Assembly: GCF_022539665.2 (NCBI RefSeq)
Contig: NC_081333.1
Coordinates: 7,936,001 to 8,000,000, forward strand
Source of the DNA: Daphnia carinata
Lineage: Eukaryota
Length of the DNA stretch: 64,000 nucleotides
Direction of reading: 5' to 3'
Shown: in pieces, positions 13,001 to 25,093 of the stretch
Numbering within the stretch: the first letter of the stretch is position 1
How the letters are laid out: each line of letters begins with the position of its first letter
Made by a program: the position numbers and the translations under genes
Notes under the pieces: model-generated
Told to the model about the DNA's origin: nothing
The model's database searches: none
Seen by the model: only the letters and a program-made list of their open reading frames with translations

Positions 13001-13705
13001 GAAAGAGAAAGAGAGATGGAACGAAAGAGAAGCGAGCAAAAAAAAAAAAAAATGGGTTGAGCAAAAAGAGAAAAGCGGGATTTAGCAGACGCACATACAC
13101 CTAGGTAGACTAGACGCATAGCGCTGCTACCGATGGGGAAGCGAAAGGAGAGCTTTGTTCTTTTTGGACTACTGGTGCTACCCTCACAAGAATCGTTGTT
13201 TTTCGTTTCTTTCTTCTTTTCCTTTTTTTCATTTATGGCGTGACTTCACCTGCTGACAGTGGCCTCTTGTTATTCAGATAAGAAGGGTCTCCTCGTTGAC
13301 GGAGAAAGTGAACGCGGACATGCAGATTTACTTCTTCTAGGAATGAGAATGAAGAAGGAGCGAGAGGAATTTGCGTCGTTATACATTCGTGACGGGCGAC
13401 AAGAATGGCATGACCTGTTCATTTTTTTTCGTCCACTTAGTGCTGGTGTCTTAAACAGATATTATTAAGGAAAGAGAGAGGATATGAAGTAGTAGGGAAG
13501 GCCGAAGAGAAAACGGGAAGCTCTATGAGATCGAGAGAGAGAGAATGTTTGCATTCCCTACCCATTGAGGTTTTTCTTTTAACATTTTCTCTGACTTTTT
13601 CTCTTTTCTAATGCTGCAACAACTTTCGTATCTTTACGTTTCGCTATTCTTCTCTTATTAAAAAAGAAATGAAACACAAATGAAATTACATACAGGTAAA
13701 GGAAG

Positions 13706-16700
13706 ATGTGCCGATTGGAACGATGGATCATTCACGCGGGAAATCATCGGACGTGTTTCAGTTTCGGCATCATCTTGGTTGTCATTCATCTGGTTCTGGT
13801 TGCCGAACGGGTCTATCGGTACAGGCATTCAGGTGCGTGGATTGTAATTGCCAGGTCTTCAGGTATACATCTCCTAAGCTTTATTTTGAATTATGGTGTA
13901 TGTAACAATGTACGCAAATCTAACCAATTGGCCTCTATAATTTTTTTTAGGTCAGTGTCTTCATTTTGATTGTGCACTCGTCCTTTTGCTGACGCTACGG
14001 AGATGCTTCACCTGGCTGCGCTCGAAAGGAATGGACTGGCTTCTACCGCTTGACCGGCACATCTACTTCCATAAAATGATCGGATGGCTCATCTGTGTTT
14101 TCAGTGTGGTCCATACGGTGGCTCACATCATCAACTACGGTGAGTGAATTTTCACGTTTCTCTTATCCAAAGTTCCATCTCTTTGGCGATGCTCCAAAAC
14201 TTTCCTTTTTCTTGGGTCCTGATGGTTTCTGTGTGTCGCACACAACAACTTTTTCGTTGTGTTTTCCCCAATCCATGCGCTTCAATCACCATACTCCGGA
14301 AAAGGCAGCAGCTCACCTGCATTTCGGGGAGTTCCATTAGAGACCCTATTTACATTAGTTACCGTTTAAACAGTCTATGCGAACTTTCGATTGCTAGCGC
14401 CTCAGCGATCACAAGCTTTCATTTTCTAATTGCGAAGAAACTTGTTTTCTTTTTTTTTTTTCGCTTGTTTTCTCCGGTTTGCATTCTAACACGTTTTGAT
14501 GTATGGTAGTGTAGCCTTCACTTTCCATTTAAAAAAGGTCATCATTTTAAAATTTCATTCTGCTTTACAAAATCTACTGAACAAAAACAGGAATCATGAG
14601 TCGAGGAAACGCAGCCAAAATGAAGGATTACCTTTTCGACAAGACCGCTGGTTGGATTCCCGGAATAGTAACACCCAGTGGTTTCGCAATTTTGTTTCTC
14701 CTATTCATCATGGGTCTCTTTTCTCACCGTTTGGTCCGGAAGTCGGGTCGTTTTGAGGTATGTAGTAATGCAACTTTCGCCTCTACTACTTTCCCCTTCG
14801 ACGCTGACTTACAAGATAAGTCATAAAAAATGACACACATCACTTTCCAACGATGTTGGATTACAATGCACTCACAAAAACAATCCTGGGAAAATTTCCG
14901 ACCCAAGACATTTTATGGCCAGCGTTGCTCCGACGGATTATGACCAAAATAGTCTTCTTTTTGTTTTTTAAGGCACTCGAAGAGATTTTTCATGGCGCAA
15001 TAGTAAAACATTATTGTCTTCTTTTTATTGCCCAGTTATTCTACTGGACCCACATGTTGTGCCTTCCTTTCTTCTTGTTGATGATTCTACATGCTGGCAA
15101 CGTTTGGAAGTGGCTTATTGTACCTCTGTGCCTCTTCGGTGCCGAAATCGGATACCGCATCGGGTTTATTTGTTGTTCAGAACGCGGTAGGACTCAAGTC
15201 ACCTCTTTACAACTCTTACCCAACCAGGTATGTAAAATCAACCAAGATCTTGCTGATTGTTCTCAGCAGCACCCAAAGATGTTCGTTACTGATCCATGTT
15301 AGGTGGTGCGGCTAAAAATTGAACGTCCACCAGATTTCGAGTTTCACGCCGGAGATTACGTTTACGTCAACATTCCTCAAGTGGCCAGGTTTGAATGGCA
15401 TCCGTTCACAATCAGCAGTGCCCCCGAACATGAAGGTATCAAATGGCTCAATCGATGAATCTATGTAAAAACAAAAACAAAAAAAACAGAACTGATTTAG
15501 AAACGATTTGATTTGATCTATCTTATTTCAAGATTACATGACGCTTCATGTGAGAGTCGCGGGTGGATGGACGGGACGGCTATATTCAATGTGTCAAGAA
15601 GACGCCGAACGGCTAGAGCGGAAACAATCCAGACATCGAATTGTTCAGCAACAGATCTCTGATAAATTAAGTCCATTCCAGTCCATGCCGATGCACTTGG
15701 AGAAGTCAGTTGCCGTAACGGGCCAGGATAATCCGGCTTTCCATGAACAGGAATCTACCTCATTGCCAGTAATCAGTAGTGAAGTGGCCATAAGCATCGT
15801 CTCTACAACCGAAAATATCAGAAATACTTTCAAGGATTTGTTACCAACAGAAGTAGCTATTTCATTCCACCATGACAGCTTTTTCCTTACTCTGTTTTTC
15901 TGAAATAACTTTATTAATGAATGCAGATGCCAATCATGTTGGATGGCCCATACAGTGGCTCGGCAATGCGCGCATGGAATTGTCGTCACGCCCTTTTTAT
16001 TGCCGGCGGAATAGGCGTAACGCCGTTTGCTTCCCTTCTCCAATCTTTGGTAAGCAGATACCAGAGCGCGATGAATGAATGCCCCCATTGCCATCAATCC
16101 TGTTGCACGAATGTCCCCAGTTCCCTGGGTAAACTACGTCATGTAAGTTTTAGATAACGTGTGTGAAAATGAATTTAAATTACACCAGCATACTCTTCTT
16201 AAACCTTAGGTGGACTTCATGTGGGTGAATAGAGATCTCCTCAGCTTCCAGTGGTTCCTGGAGCTTCTGCTGGATTTGGATAAAGAACAGTCCGTCAGAG
16301 GCAGCGTAATGGAGAATTTCCTCGACATCCAGCTGTTTCAGACGGGCACTAAAACGATGCCCGATCCCCATGAGCCATGTGCCAGTTGCCGCGAATCTCT
16401 AGCAGTTACTCCGCAGATACAAACAGACCTTCTCGATGCCAACGCGATCGTTCCATCAGCACCGGCCTCTCAGGTGACTGGTAGATGCCCTTATTGCACA
16501 ATCCGACAAGTGAAACACTTACTCAACTACGGTCGGCCTATTTGGGATGAGGTTGGTAATTTCTCCATACAATCAATCTAAAAATGAAAAAGATGTTTTA
16601 AATTGCTTCTTTGGAATTCGTAGGTATTCAGAGACGTGGCTCTACGCAGTGGTGGCCAAGTGACCGTTTTCTATTGTGGACCGGCTTCTATGGCCCGCGT

Positions 16701-16755
16701 GGTTATGGCGCAATGCAAAAAATTCGGCTTCACTTTCACCAAAGAAATTTCCTGA
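13706..16755 (+). CDS. NOX5: NOX5-lineage NADPH oxidase lacking the N-terminal EF-hand domain
   Basis: Nine exons: 13706-13862, 13951-14139, 14591-14757, 15036-15227, 15303-15435, 15533-15852, 15927-16142, 16210-16551, 16624-16755. NOX5-type motifs GQCLHFDC, LRRCFTWLR, PLDRHIYFH, RKSGRFE-LFYWTH, WKWLIVP, CPHCHQS, VDFMWVNRD. Four heme His (H-x13-H and H-x12-H), FAD motif EWHPFTISSAP, NADPH motifs GGIGVTPFAS and VFYCGP. Confidence 0.9.
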
Positions 16756-17351
16756 ACGCAAATAACAATATGTAAACAAACAAAAAAAAAACAGACCTAT
16801 ACGGCTACACGGGACAGAAGTTTAGAAACAACTCATTACACCTTCTAATCTCATGTGATATGTACATTGAACGACGTAACGAAAAAACAAAACCACATTT
16901 TCTATCCTCGCAAACCTGAAAATGCTAATAAGAAATGTTGGCATAAAAGATTCAGCGAGAAGATGTGAATACTTCCACCGTATGGATATTGTTTGAGTTA
17001 CTAAAATGATCGGAATTTGTATTACACTTTTTATACTTACGTAAGTCACTAACGGCAATAAACTTGAACGTTTTTGAATGTAATAGGTTTTAACCTTCGT
17101 ATTTTTTCTTCTGGGCAGACAAAGCCAAATGAATGAGACAAAACAAAAGGTTAATATCAAAAAATTAAATCACCAGTATTTACTTGCGGACAACTGAGCA
17201 TCAAGCAATATCAGTGCCACCGCTGAACATAAACGGCGCTTAGATTGCCAAACATAAAAAAGAAAACATATTGTTACTTTTTTCTTTTTATCCAAGTCAT
17301 ATTTGCTTGTGAAGAAACTTGTCGTTTTTTTTCTCTTTGTAAATTAAACAT

Positions 17352-20300
17352 TCAAAATTCCGTGAGCATTTTGAGCTGCTGCTGAAATTCCGTGCACAGT
17401 CGTTGCATCTTAACATTAGTGGCCATCACCTGCAGCACTTGCTGCAGCAGGTCGTTTTTCTTCATTGTCTAGATTTCACCAAAACTTGATTGATTAGACT
17501 GACCTAAAATCTGAATTGAATGAAATTTACCAGTATGGTGGGTTGCCAATTCTTTCCCCTTTGGCTTGATCGATGTACGGGACCAAGTAAATCTTCACAC
17601 AAACTTCGAAGTCGGTCCTCCATTCCTGGCATGCATTAAACATGTTTTATAGAAAAGTTGCTTTAAAACTTTAGACAACTAGCTTACCCTGTTGAGCCAT
17701 ATATTTAACTTTGGTCATGAGCCACGTTCGATATTCAGCTGGTGAGTTCAACTCGGCCAATGCACTCATTTTCATATCGGCATAGCTGATGCTGCAGATT
17801 ATCTTGGACTCCACATTGTTAATTACGGAGCTTCGGCTTGGTCCGGAGCCAAAACTTCCACTGCTCGAAATTCCCTGTAGATCTGAACCATGACGAAGGG
17901 GATCCATGGCGTCAGCCAGAAGTAACCTAAAGCCAAGAGTGCTCAGTTACTTCCTCTTTAGAAAGTGAGTACAAAACGTTTAATACCAAGTGTCCATATC
18001 AGTGGAATATGTGTAGGTCTTACTATTCGAAAAGCTCAAAATAGGAAGTCCCGTATCTCTTATTGTGCACGACGTAAGCGTAACCGATCCATCTATATAT
18101 ATATATTGGCTAGTTAACATAACCAGTTGGGAAATTTTCTATAAGATGCCAGACTAACCTGAATCAGTCAAACTTAGAATCGACGTTTTAAGAGTAGATT
18201 TTCTTTTTATGATATCCCACACATTCATCTGTCCATGTGCCGTCACGACTGATACAAAATGATCTTGAACCCTGAGGTGGACCGCCGGTCCTTGCAACTT
18301 AATGCCAGGTATTATCCGCGAACCATCCCCCACAGCAAAACAGTGAAGGGTAGCATCAGAACACGTTACAGCAACACAGTATACGCTAGCTGCACACCCG
18401 ATCATGGGGCTTGACATAAATATATCCCACGCAACCTACACGCAATGAGCTTTACAGTATTATTTAATAATTACAAGAAATTCAGAATATACCTTTCCAT
18501 GCATTGCGCAGCTTAACTTGTGTACAGCCATTTTATGACCAACAAAATAGGATTGGTTTTCGATCTCAAAACTTCTCCCGCAAGACGCCTGATAAGAAGG
18601 TCGTACAATTACAACAATTAAATCTTGAAATTCTATAATAAAACTTACTGGAACGGAAAAAGATTTCTGTACAGACAAAGGAGCGATTGCTACTTTATCA
18701 GAATCGGGAGATCGAAATATTGAGATGCCAGTGGTGGCAACAGAGGCGGCGCTCGAACCAGATGTTCTGACGGAAACAACGCTCCTTTCCGGCTCATTTC
18801 TTTCGAGCCTGCGATTCAGTAAAATGTTAGACATCTCTTTCCGTGCGTTTACTTGAGGTGGGGGCGGTGAGGTAGAAGTCGTGCTGGAGAGACCTGGCTT
18901 AGTCACTTCGTCTCGTTTCTCCACGACGATCTTGCTCCTCGATTCCGTAGAACTACTAAACGTTGGCTGGACCAAGGCAGCTGAAGAATGATTGCTTGCG
19001 TGACTAGATTGGGCATCGTCTTCTTCCATGAGTGGTGGTATAAATACTGGCGTGATGCGTCGCCTACCATCCACCGTCCGGGTTTCTATTTGTTTGTCTG
19101 TGGGACCCTTGGCTACAATCTGACTGGTCCTGGAAGCACGGGAGTCTGAAGATAACATTCCACCATCTTCTTCTATGACCGAAGGCACAGAAGGTTCAAC
19201 CACTTGCGGTTGAATCCAATCGGGGTCTTCGATTACAATAGAGGCTTTCTTGTCAACACCAGTTGAAAAGGATTTTTTGCCATACATCCGTTGGAAAAGG
19301 TTTTCTTTTTCTTCCACACTTACAACCTGTCCGAGCTCTTTGTCGTCGAATTCAATATAGGCTACAGATCCGTCCCACGAACAAGCCATTAGCTGGTAAC
19401 CAGATCGACTCCAAGACAAATCAAGGACCTAAAAAAAATTTAAATTTAAGAATCATGGAGATAAATAGACCAAAAAAAATAAACAAGGTTTTCTTACAGA
19501 ATTAAGGAAGAGTTCATGGATGACAACAAGCGGTCTTTTTAGAGAAGTTAGCCAAATAGAAAGCGATCTGTCTCGGGAACCTATGGCACAGCAGCAGTAG
19601 TTGGTCCCTTTGTGCAGCGCTGACTTTCTTAGCATGTTACTGTTGAAGCTCTAAGAATTTATTCGAAAAACTTTACTTCAATTGCAGCAATAAGAGTTAC
19701 ATGGTCTTCACCCACCACACATGTAATTGCTTTGCGATGTCCAACAAAATCTTTATCCGTTTTCCAGCCTTCGCGTTCAATGATCTGCGCGGTGGGTCCA
19801 CCTCCATTCATGGCCTGATACAAATAAAATGTAGTGTATGTTCGCGTAACGTCAACGAACACCGATCACCATATCAAAACAAGTAATATTTAACTGTAAA
19901 CTTACATGCGCCGAGACCAAATATTGTCCATCGGGTGACCAGTTTAACCTTAGGACGTGAGTTGTACCTCCACACTGAATAAGTGAAATATTTGTAGAGA
20001 AATCGTAATTGAAATTGTTTGATTTAAACGTACCTCTTCAAAAGGTTCTGTAACTACTGTTTCTTGTTTCCAGTCCGCTGTCTTCCATACTCGAACTGTT
20101 TTGTCATCCGACTGTGATGCAACATATTTTCCTAAAATAACGTTATAGATAAATTTTTGTAAACATTCCACATTGAATTAACGGCTCTGCATTACCAATT
20201 GGATCCCATGCAATCCCTTTGACTAATCCAGTATGCCCTTTCAAAACTGCAATGGATTCAGGCATGTTTAACATATTCCAAATGCGGACTGTATTGTCGA

Positions 20301-21102
20301 CTGATGAGGATGCCAGGTACTGATCATCAGGTGACCACCCAAGATCCAAAACATCTCCACTGTGACCTCTGAGAGTAGAAACACACCTCCAATGTTCAAC
20401 ATTGGTTTTCCCACCACCGCCAAATATAGTGCTCCCTATAAGCATATGACATAATGTTAAAGAGAAATTAATAAAATAAGTTATTGTTTATTACCTCCAT
20501 AACGACTGAGCTGCCAAATCATGACAAGTTTGTCATCACCTCCTGAAGCCAAGTATTGACCTGAATTGGACCATCTGACACAGTTGACACATGCTACACA
20601 AAAAGTGAACCTTTTCATCAATTGAGAAGTTCTATTTTTATGACATAAATGTATTATACCTAGATGGTTATCCATCTGGCACAGTAATTTTGGAATATTG
20701 TCATCTTGTTCTGCTTGTTCTTTAACAATTGGTGCCACATTCCATATAACAACACGGCCAGAATCATCACCTATACATTAAAAGGAAAAAAATCATTAAT
20801 ACCTTTCCGATAACACTTCAGTAATGGTTGCAAAAAGCTTGCTAAGCAAAACATTTGGTTAAAAAGTCTTACCTTGGCCACCAGTAGCAAATTTGGAGCC
20901 ATCTGGATGAATATCAATGGAAAAAATGGGTTTACCTGCAGAAAGGTGTAATGAAATTATGAAGCATTACAGTGAAAACTCAACGACCAAGCAGTCGATG
21001 CCGAACAAAACATGTGTTTCCCACGTTTAGATTAAATTAGTTTTTTATTTTTAAATTTTGTTTACCATCGTGTGTAACCCATGCAGGTTTTAACAATTTC
21101 AT
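17352..21102 (-). CDS. HIRA: Histone H3.3 chaperone HIRA (multi-exon)
   Basis: Starts [36 protein letters not shown]40 repeats ([47 protein letters not shown]), B-domain [15 protein letters not shown], ends [17 protein letters not shown]. Confidence 0.96.
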
Positions 21103-21390
21103 TTCTTAACCGAATAGATTACAACTTTTAGCTGTAAATTTGAGACATCTTTAGAATTTCCTCCTTATTGAATTGAAAGAGCGGTTGAAGTTTCAGCTGT
21201 CAGGGCCACCTACTGGTGTTATTGGTAGTTCCGTGCGACTCTTGCCGCATTCTGCCGACAGGGCACTTGCTGTTAAACAGCGGTAGTCTGCTGGAACCAC
21301 GTGTATGACAGGTTTTAGTTCGACACCGACTTGGAACACAACGCTTTGTAATTTTACTATTCGACAAACTGGAAATTGTTAATATAAAAA
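21103..21390. promoter_or_regulatory. Bidirectional promoter region shared by HIRA and FTSJ3
   Basis: Divergent start codons at 21102 (-) and 21391 (+) are 288 nt apart. A CTCF-like motif CCAGTAGGTGGCCC lies on the minus strand at 21203-21216. Confidence 0.7.
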
Positions 21391-24300
21391 ATGGGTAAAA
21401 AAGGAAAAGCGCGTCAGGATAAGTTTTACCACTTAGCCAAAGAGACAGGTAATAAATTCCATAATCAGTATTTAATTTGGGCGGAATCGTGTGAAGGAAA
21501 ACGTCATTTCTGTTATACTGATGTAAGTGGTTGAACACATCTAACTACACGGCCAATTGTTTGTTTTAGGCTACCGGTCTCGTGCGGCATTCAAGCTGCT
21601 ACAGCTTAACAGAAAGTTTGAGTTTTTGGAGAAGAGTCGAGTGGTCATTGACTTGTGTGCTGCGCCAGGATCATGGATGCAAGTTGCCAAACAACACATG
21701 CCTGTTTCAAGTTTGATCATTGGTATCGATCTTTTTCCAATCAAACCTATTCAAGGTTGCCTAACATTGCAGGTTAGTTAATAATATTATCCTAGGTAGT
21801 ACATCTGCTACCCTTGTTTTCTTACATCAATAGGAAGACATCACAACAGAAAAATGCTACCAAAACTTGAAAAAAGAATTGTCAACTTGGAAGGCAGATG
21901 TTGTTTTGCACGATGGTGCTCCCAATGTTGGTCAAAATTGGATTTATGATGCCTTCATTCAGAATCAGTTGGTGTTGAGTGCCCTGAAGCTGGCATCAGA
22001 ATTCTTGACCAAGGGTGGATGGTTTGTCACCAAAATCTTCAGATCTAAAGATTACAACTCCCTGATGTGGGTGTTGCGACAGCTTTTCAAACGGGTTCAT
22101 TCTACAAAACCACACGCATCCCGTATGGAATCTGCCGAAATCTTCGTTATTTGCCAGGGATATAAAGCGCCAGACAAGCTTGATCCCAAGTTCTTGGATC
22201 CCAAATATGTCTTCCAAGAAGTTGAAACCGTCTCTGACACCGTAATGGGCATTCAAGCTCAAGCGAGGTCAAAACCAAAAGCTGGAGGCTATGAAGACGG
22301 GGTTACATCGTTGCACAAGTCAGCTCTGATTTCCGATTTCGTACGCCAGGAAAATTTCGTCGATATCCTCAACACGGCTACGGTTCTTACCATGGATGAC
22401 CCCGAGATTGCAAACCATCCACTGACTACTGTGGAAATTAAAGAGTGTTGTAAAGATATCAAAGTTTTGGGGCGAAAAGATTTAAAGTCTCTTATTAGTT
22501 GGCGAAAAGCCATTCAAAAAAGCTTGGATGATAAGGCTGAGAAGCTCAAGATGGAAGAAAATTCGCTGAACGAAAATGTGATTCCCATGGAAGAGGATGC
22601 CGAATCGGATGATGAAGAAGATTTGGCTCTAGTGGAACAGCAAATTAAAGAGTTAGAGGTAAGAAAGGGAAAGAAGATTAAGAAGAATGTTTCATTCATT
22701 GGTTTTCCCTGTTTTTTTTCTCGTAACGTATGCAGGATGCCAAAGCACAAGATGCAAAGCGTAAAAAAAAGAAGCTACTGAATGAACGCCGCAAATTACA
22801 GGAGAAGATGAAACTGAAAATGGTTCTCCCTGGCGACAGTGGTCCAAGCGTACAGGAAGCCAAACCCCTCTTTGCGCTTGATCAAATCAAATCAGACCAG
22901 GCATGTACCGGCGAATAGCAGACATGCCGTGCAATCTGCAAATGTAACACTTTTTTGTTGTGTTGCAGGATTTGGATCGAATTGCGGAGCAAGAAGCCGA
23001 CGAGCTTGCAGAGGAACCTCGAGAAAAGGCAGGTCCACGACCGAAAAAAGCAAAGTATGACAAGGAAACTTTTCAGCTGGATTCAAGTGGAAGGTAAAGT
23101 TTCTTTTCTTTGCCTGAGCGTACTTGCATGTTTTGAAAATTCTTGGTCAATGATTATATCTCACAAAAGGTACCGAAGGGAAGAAGACAGTGATGAAGAA
23201 CTTATATTCGACTCTGATGACGACTACGAAAGTGACGTTCCACAAGACTCTTTGGGTAGCTAAAGCTTGCTTTTCTTTCTTTTTATCGGCAAGTGCAACT
23301 TCTTTATGCTTCTTTAGGAATCGATGACGCAAGTGACGAGAGTGATGGAGAGGCAAAGAAGAAACCTAAGAAAGTTCGCTTCGCTGAAGCAATCAAGGCC
23401 GCGACGAAAGAAGTTGAAATAGACGAAAGGAAACATCCATTGCTAACGGATTTGGAAGATGATGACTCTGCCCAGAAGCGCCAAAAGAAGGCTGACAAAT
23501 GGTTCATGAAGGTGCGTAATACTACGATAGAGTGCTTTGCCATAAAGACTTAACATCGTTTTTATTTTTTTAGAGCGCTCTTCAAGACATCGATGACGAA
23601 GAAGACGAAGACATTGAACTCGATTCCATGGCTCGCGAGCACCCGCTTCAACGTAAAAGAGCTGTCACTAGCGGTGACTTTACCGATGACGAAGATGCTG
23701 AAGACAGCGATGAAGAAGATGCTAACATTAACGGCAAAATTGGGAAGAAGGCTCCAACGAACAAGTTTGACTCCGACACAGATTCTGATGACGACTCTGA
23801 TGATGATGACGACTCTGATGATAGCGATGAAAACAATTTGGCTAATGACCATGGTTTAGATGATGGTCTACCTGCTGCTGGGGTTCAAGGTAAGTCTGCA
23901 GGGAAAATCTTGTATGCTATAGACACCTTAATTAACTAACCACGGTTTTCTTTAGTAAGAGGCAAGAAAAAGAGCCTGACAGCTGAGGCCCTCGCCCTTG
24001 GCTCGCTGCTGATCCAGTCACGGAAAGTGAGACGAGACCTATCCGATGATGGATGGAACCGGTATGCTTTCAACGATGAGAACCTGCCTGATTGGTTTGT
24101 CGAAGATGAAAGACGTCATAGCCATAAAGAGCTACCCATAACGAAGGTAGATGTGTTCCGCTTAAGTTTAATGAACAAATCGATTATGATTGGTATTCTT
24201 TGACATTTGAGCTAATTCATTATCATCTTTGCATTTACAGGAGGTTGTCCAACAATATAAAGATCGTATGAAAGAAATCAACGTTCGACCAATTAAGAAA

Positions 24301-24894
24301 GTCGTTGAAGCTAAAGCCAGGAAGAAGCGTCGTTCCATGCGTCGTCTGGAGAAGGCCCGAAAGAAGGCTGATACTATTTCAGAAACTATGGGCATGAGCG
24401 ACTACGACAAGGCGCAACAGATCCGACAGTGCGTATCGGTTTTTTTGTTACTTTATTTCACCCTTCAGAGTTGTTTTACATTAGCCTCTGTTTGTGCACC
24501 AATGTTTTCTTTTATTTTGAAGGGCTATCAACAGTTTTGTTTGCTATGATTGAGTTTTACATAATTTAGTTTGAAGCCGTTAGCATTGCCTGAGGTAGTC
24601 TATGAATATGGGGATCATCGTCTATCCAACTTGATACCCTTCTACGTTGTATTGTGTAAATAATCTTTCATGTTTTTGTCTAAAAATAGCATACACAAGA
24701 AGGCCAAGCAGGAGAAGAAGAAGGAAGTGACGTACGTGGTAGCTAAGAAGCACCAGGCCGGCAAGAAGGTTCACCGACCCGCCGGCGTCAAGGGCCAATT
24801 TAAAGTGGTCGATCGCCGCATGAAGAAGGACGACAAGAAGCGCAAAGCGACCGAACGGAGAAAAGGCAAAAAAGCTAGGACTCCCAAGAAGTAA
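21391..24894 (+). CDS. FTSJ3: Pre-rRNA 2'-O-ribose methyltransferase FTSJ3/Spb1 (multi-exon)
   Basis: [74 protein letters not shown]-terminal [52 protein letters not shown]. Confidence 0.96.
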
Positions 24895-25093
24895 GAAAAC
24901 GCTCGTTACAATACAGTGAAAAGAGAAACGTGATGCTGGAAAATATCATGCATGGCAAAATGCTTGCTGTGTATTCTCTTGTCGTGTTCCGAACTAATTA
25001 CACCGCCTCATTGAGACCTATGAATTGAATGAGTGTCTGTTGTTTAAGATGATTAGTTCCGGTGGTCGTTGATGGTTCACATTAGCGTTCCTT

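Noticed and set aside
10250..13690. Upstream EF-hand coding exons for the NOX
   Set aside because: Only short splice-site-flanked segments with stops (e.g. ~10399-10458) and low-complexity ORFs. No DxDxDG-type loops seen.
13706..16755. Assignment as DUOX, NOX1-3, NOX4-art or a pseudogene
   Set aside because: No peroxidase domain, diagnostic motifs match NOX5, and all nine exons splice in frame with intact cofactor motifs. A phylogeny is still needed for formal exclusion of NOX4-art.
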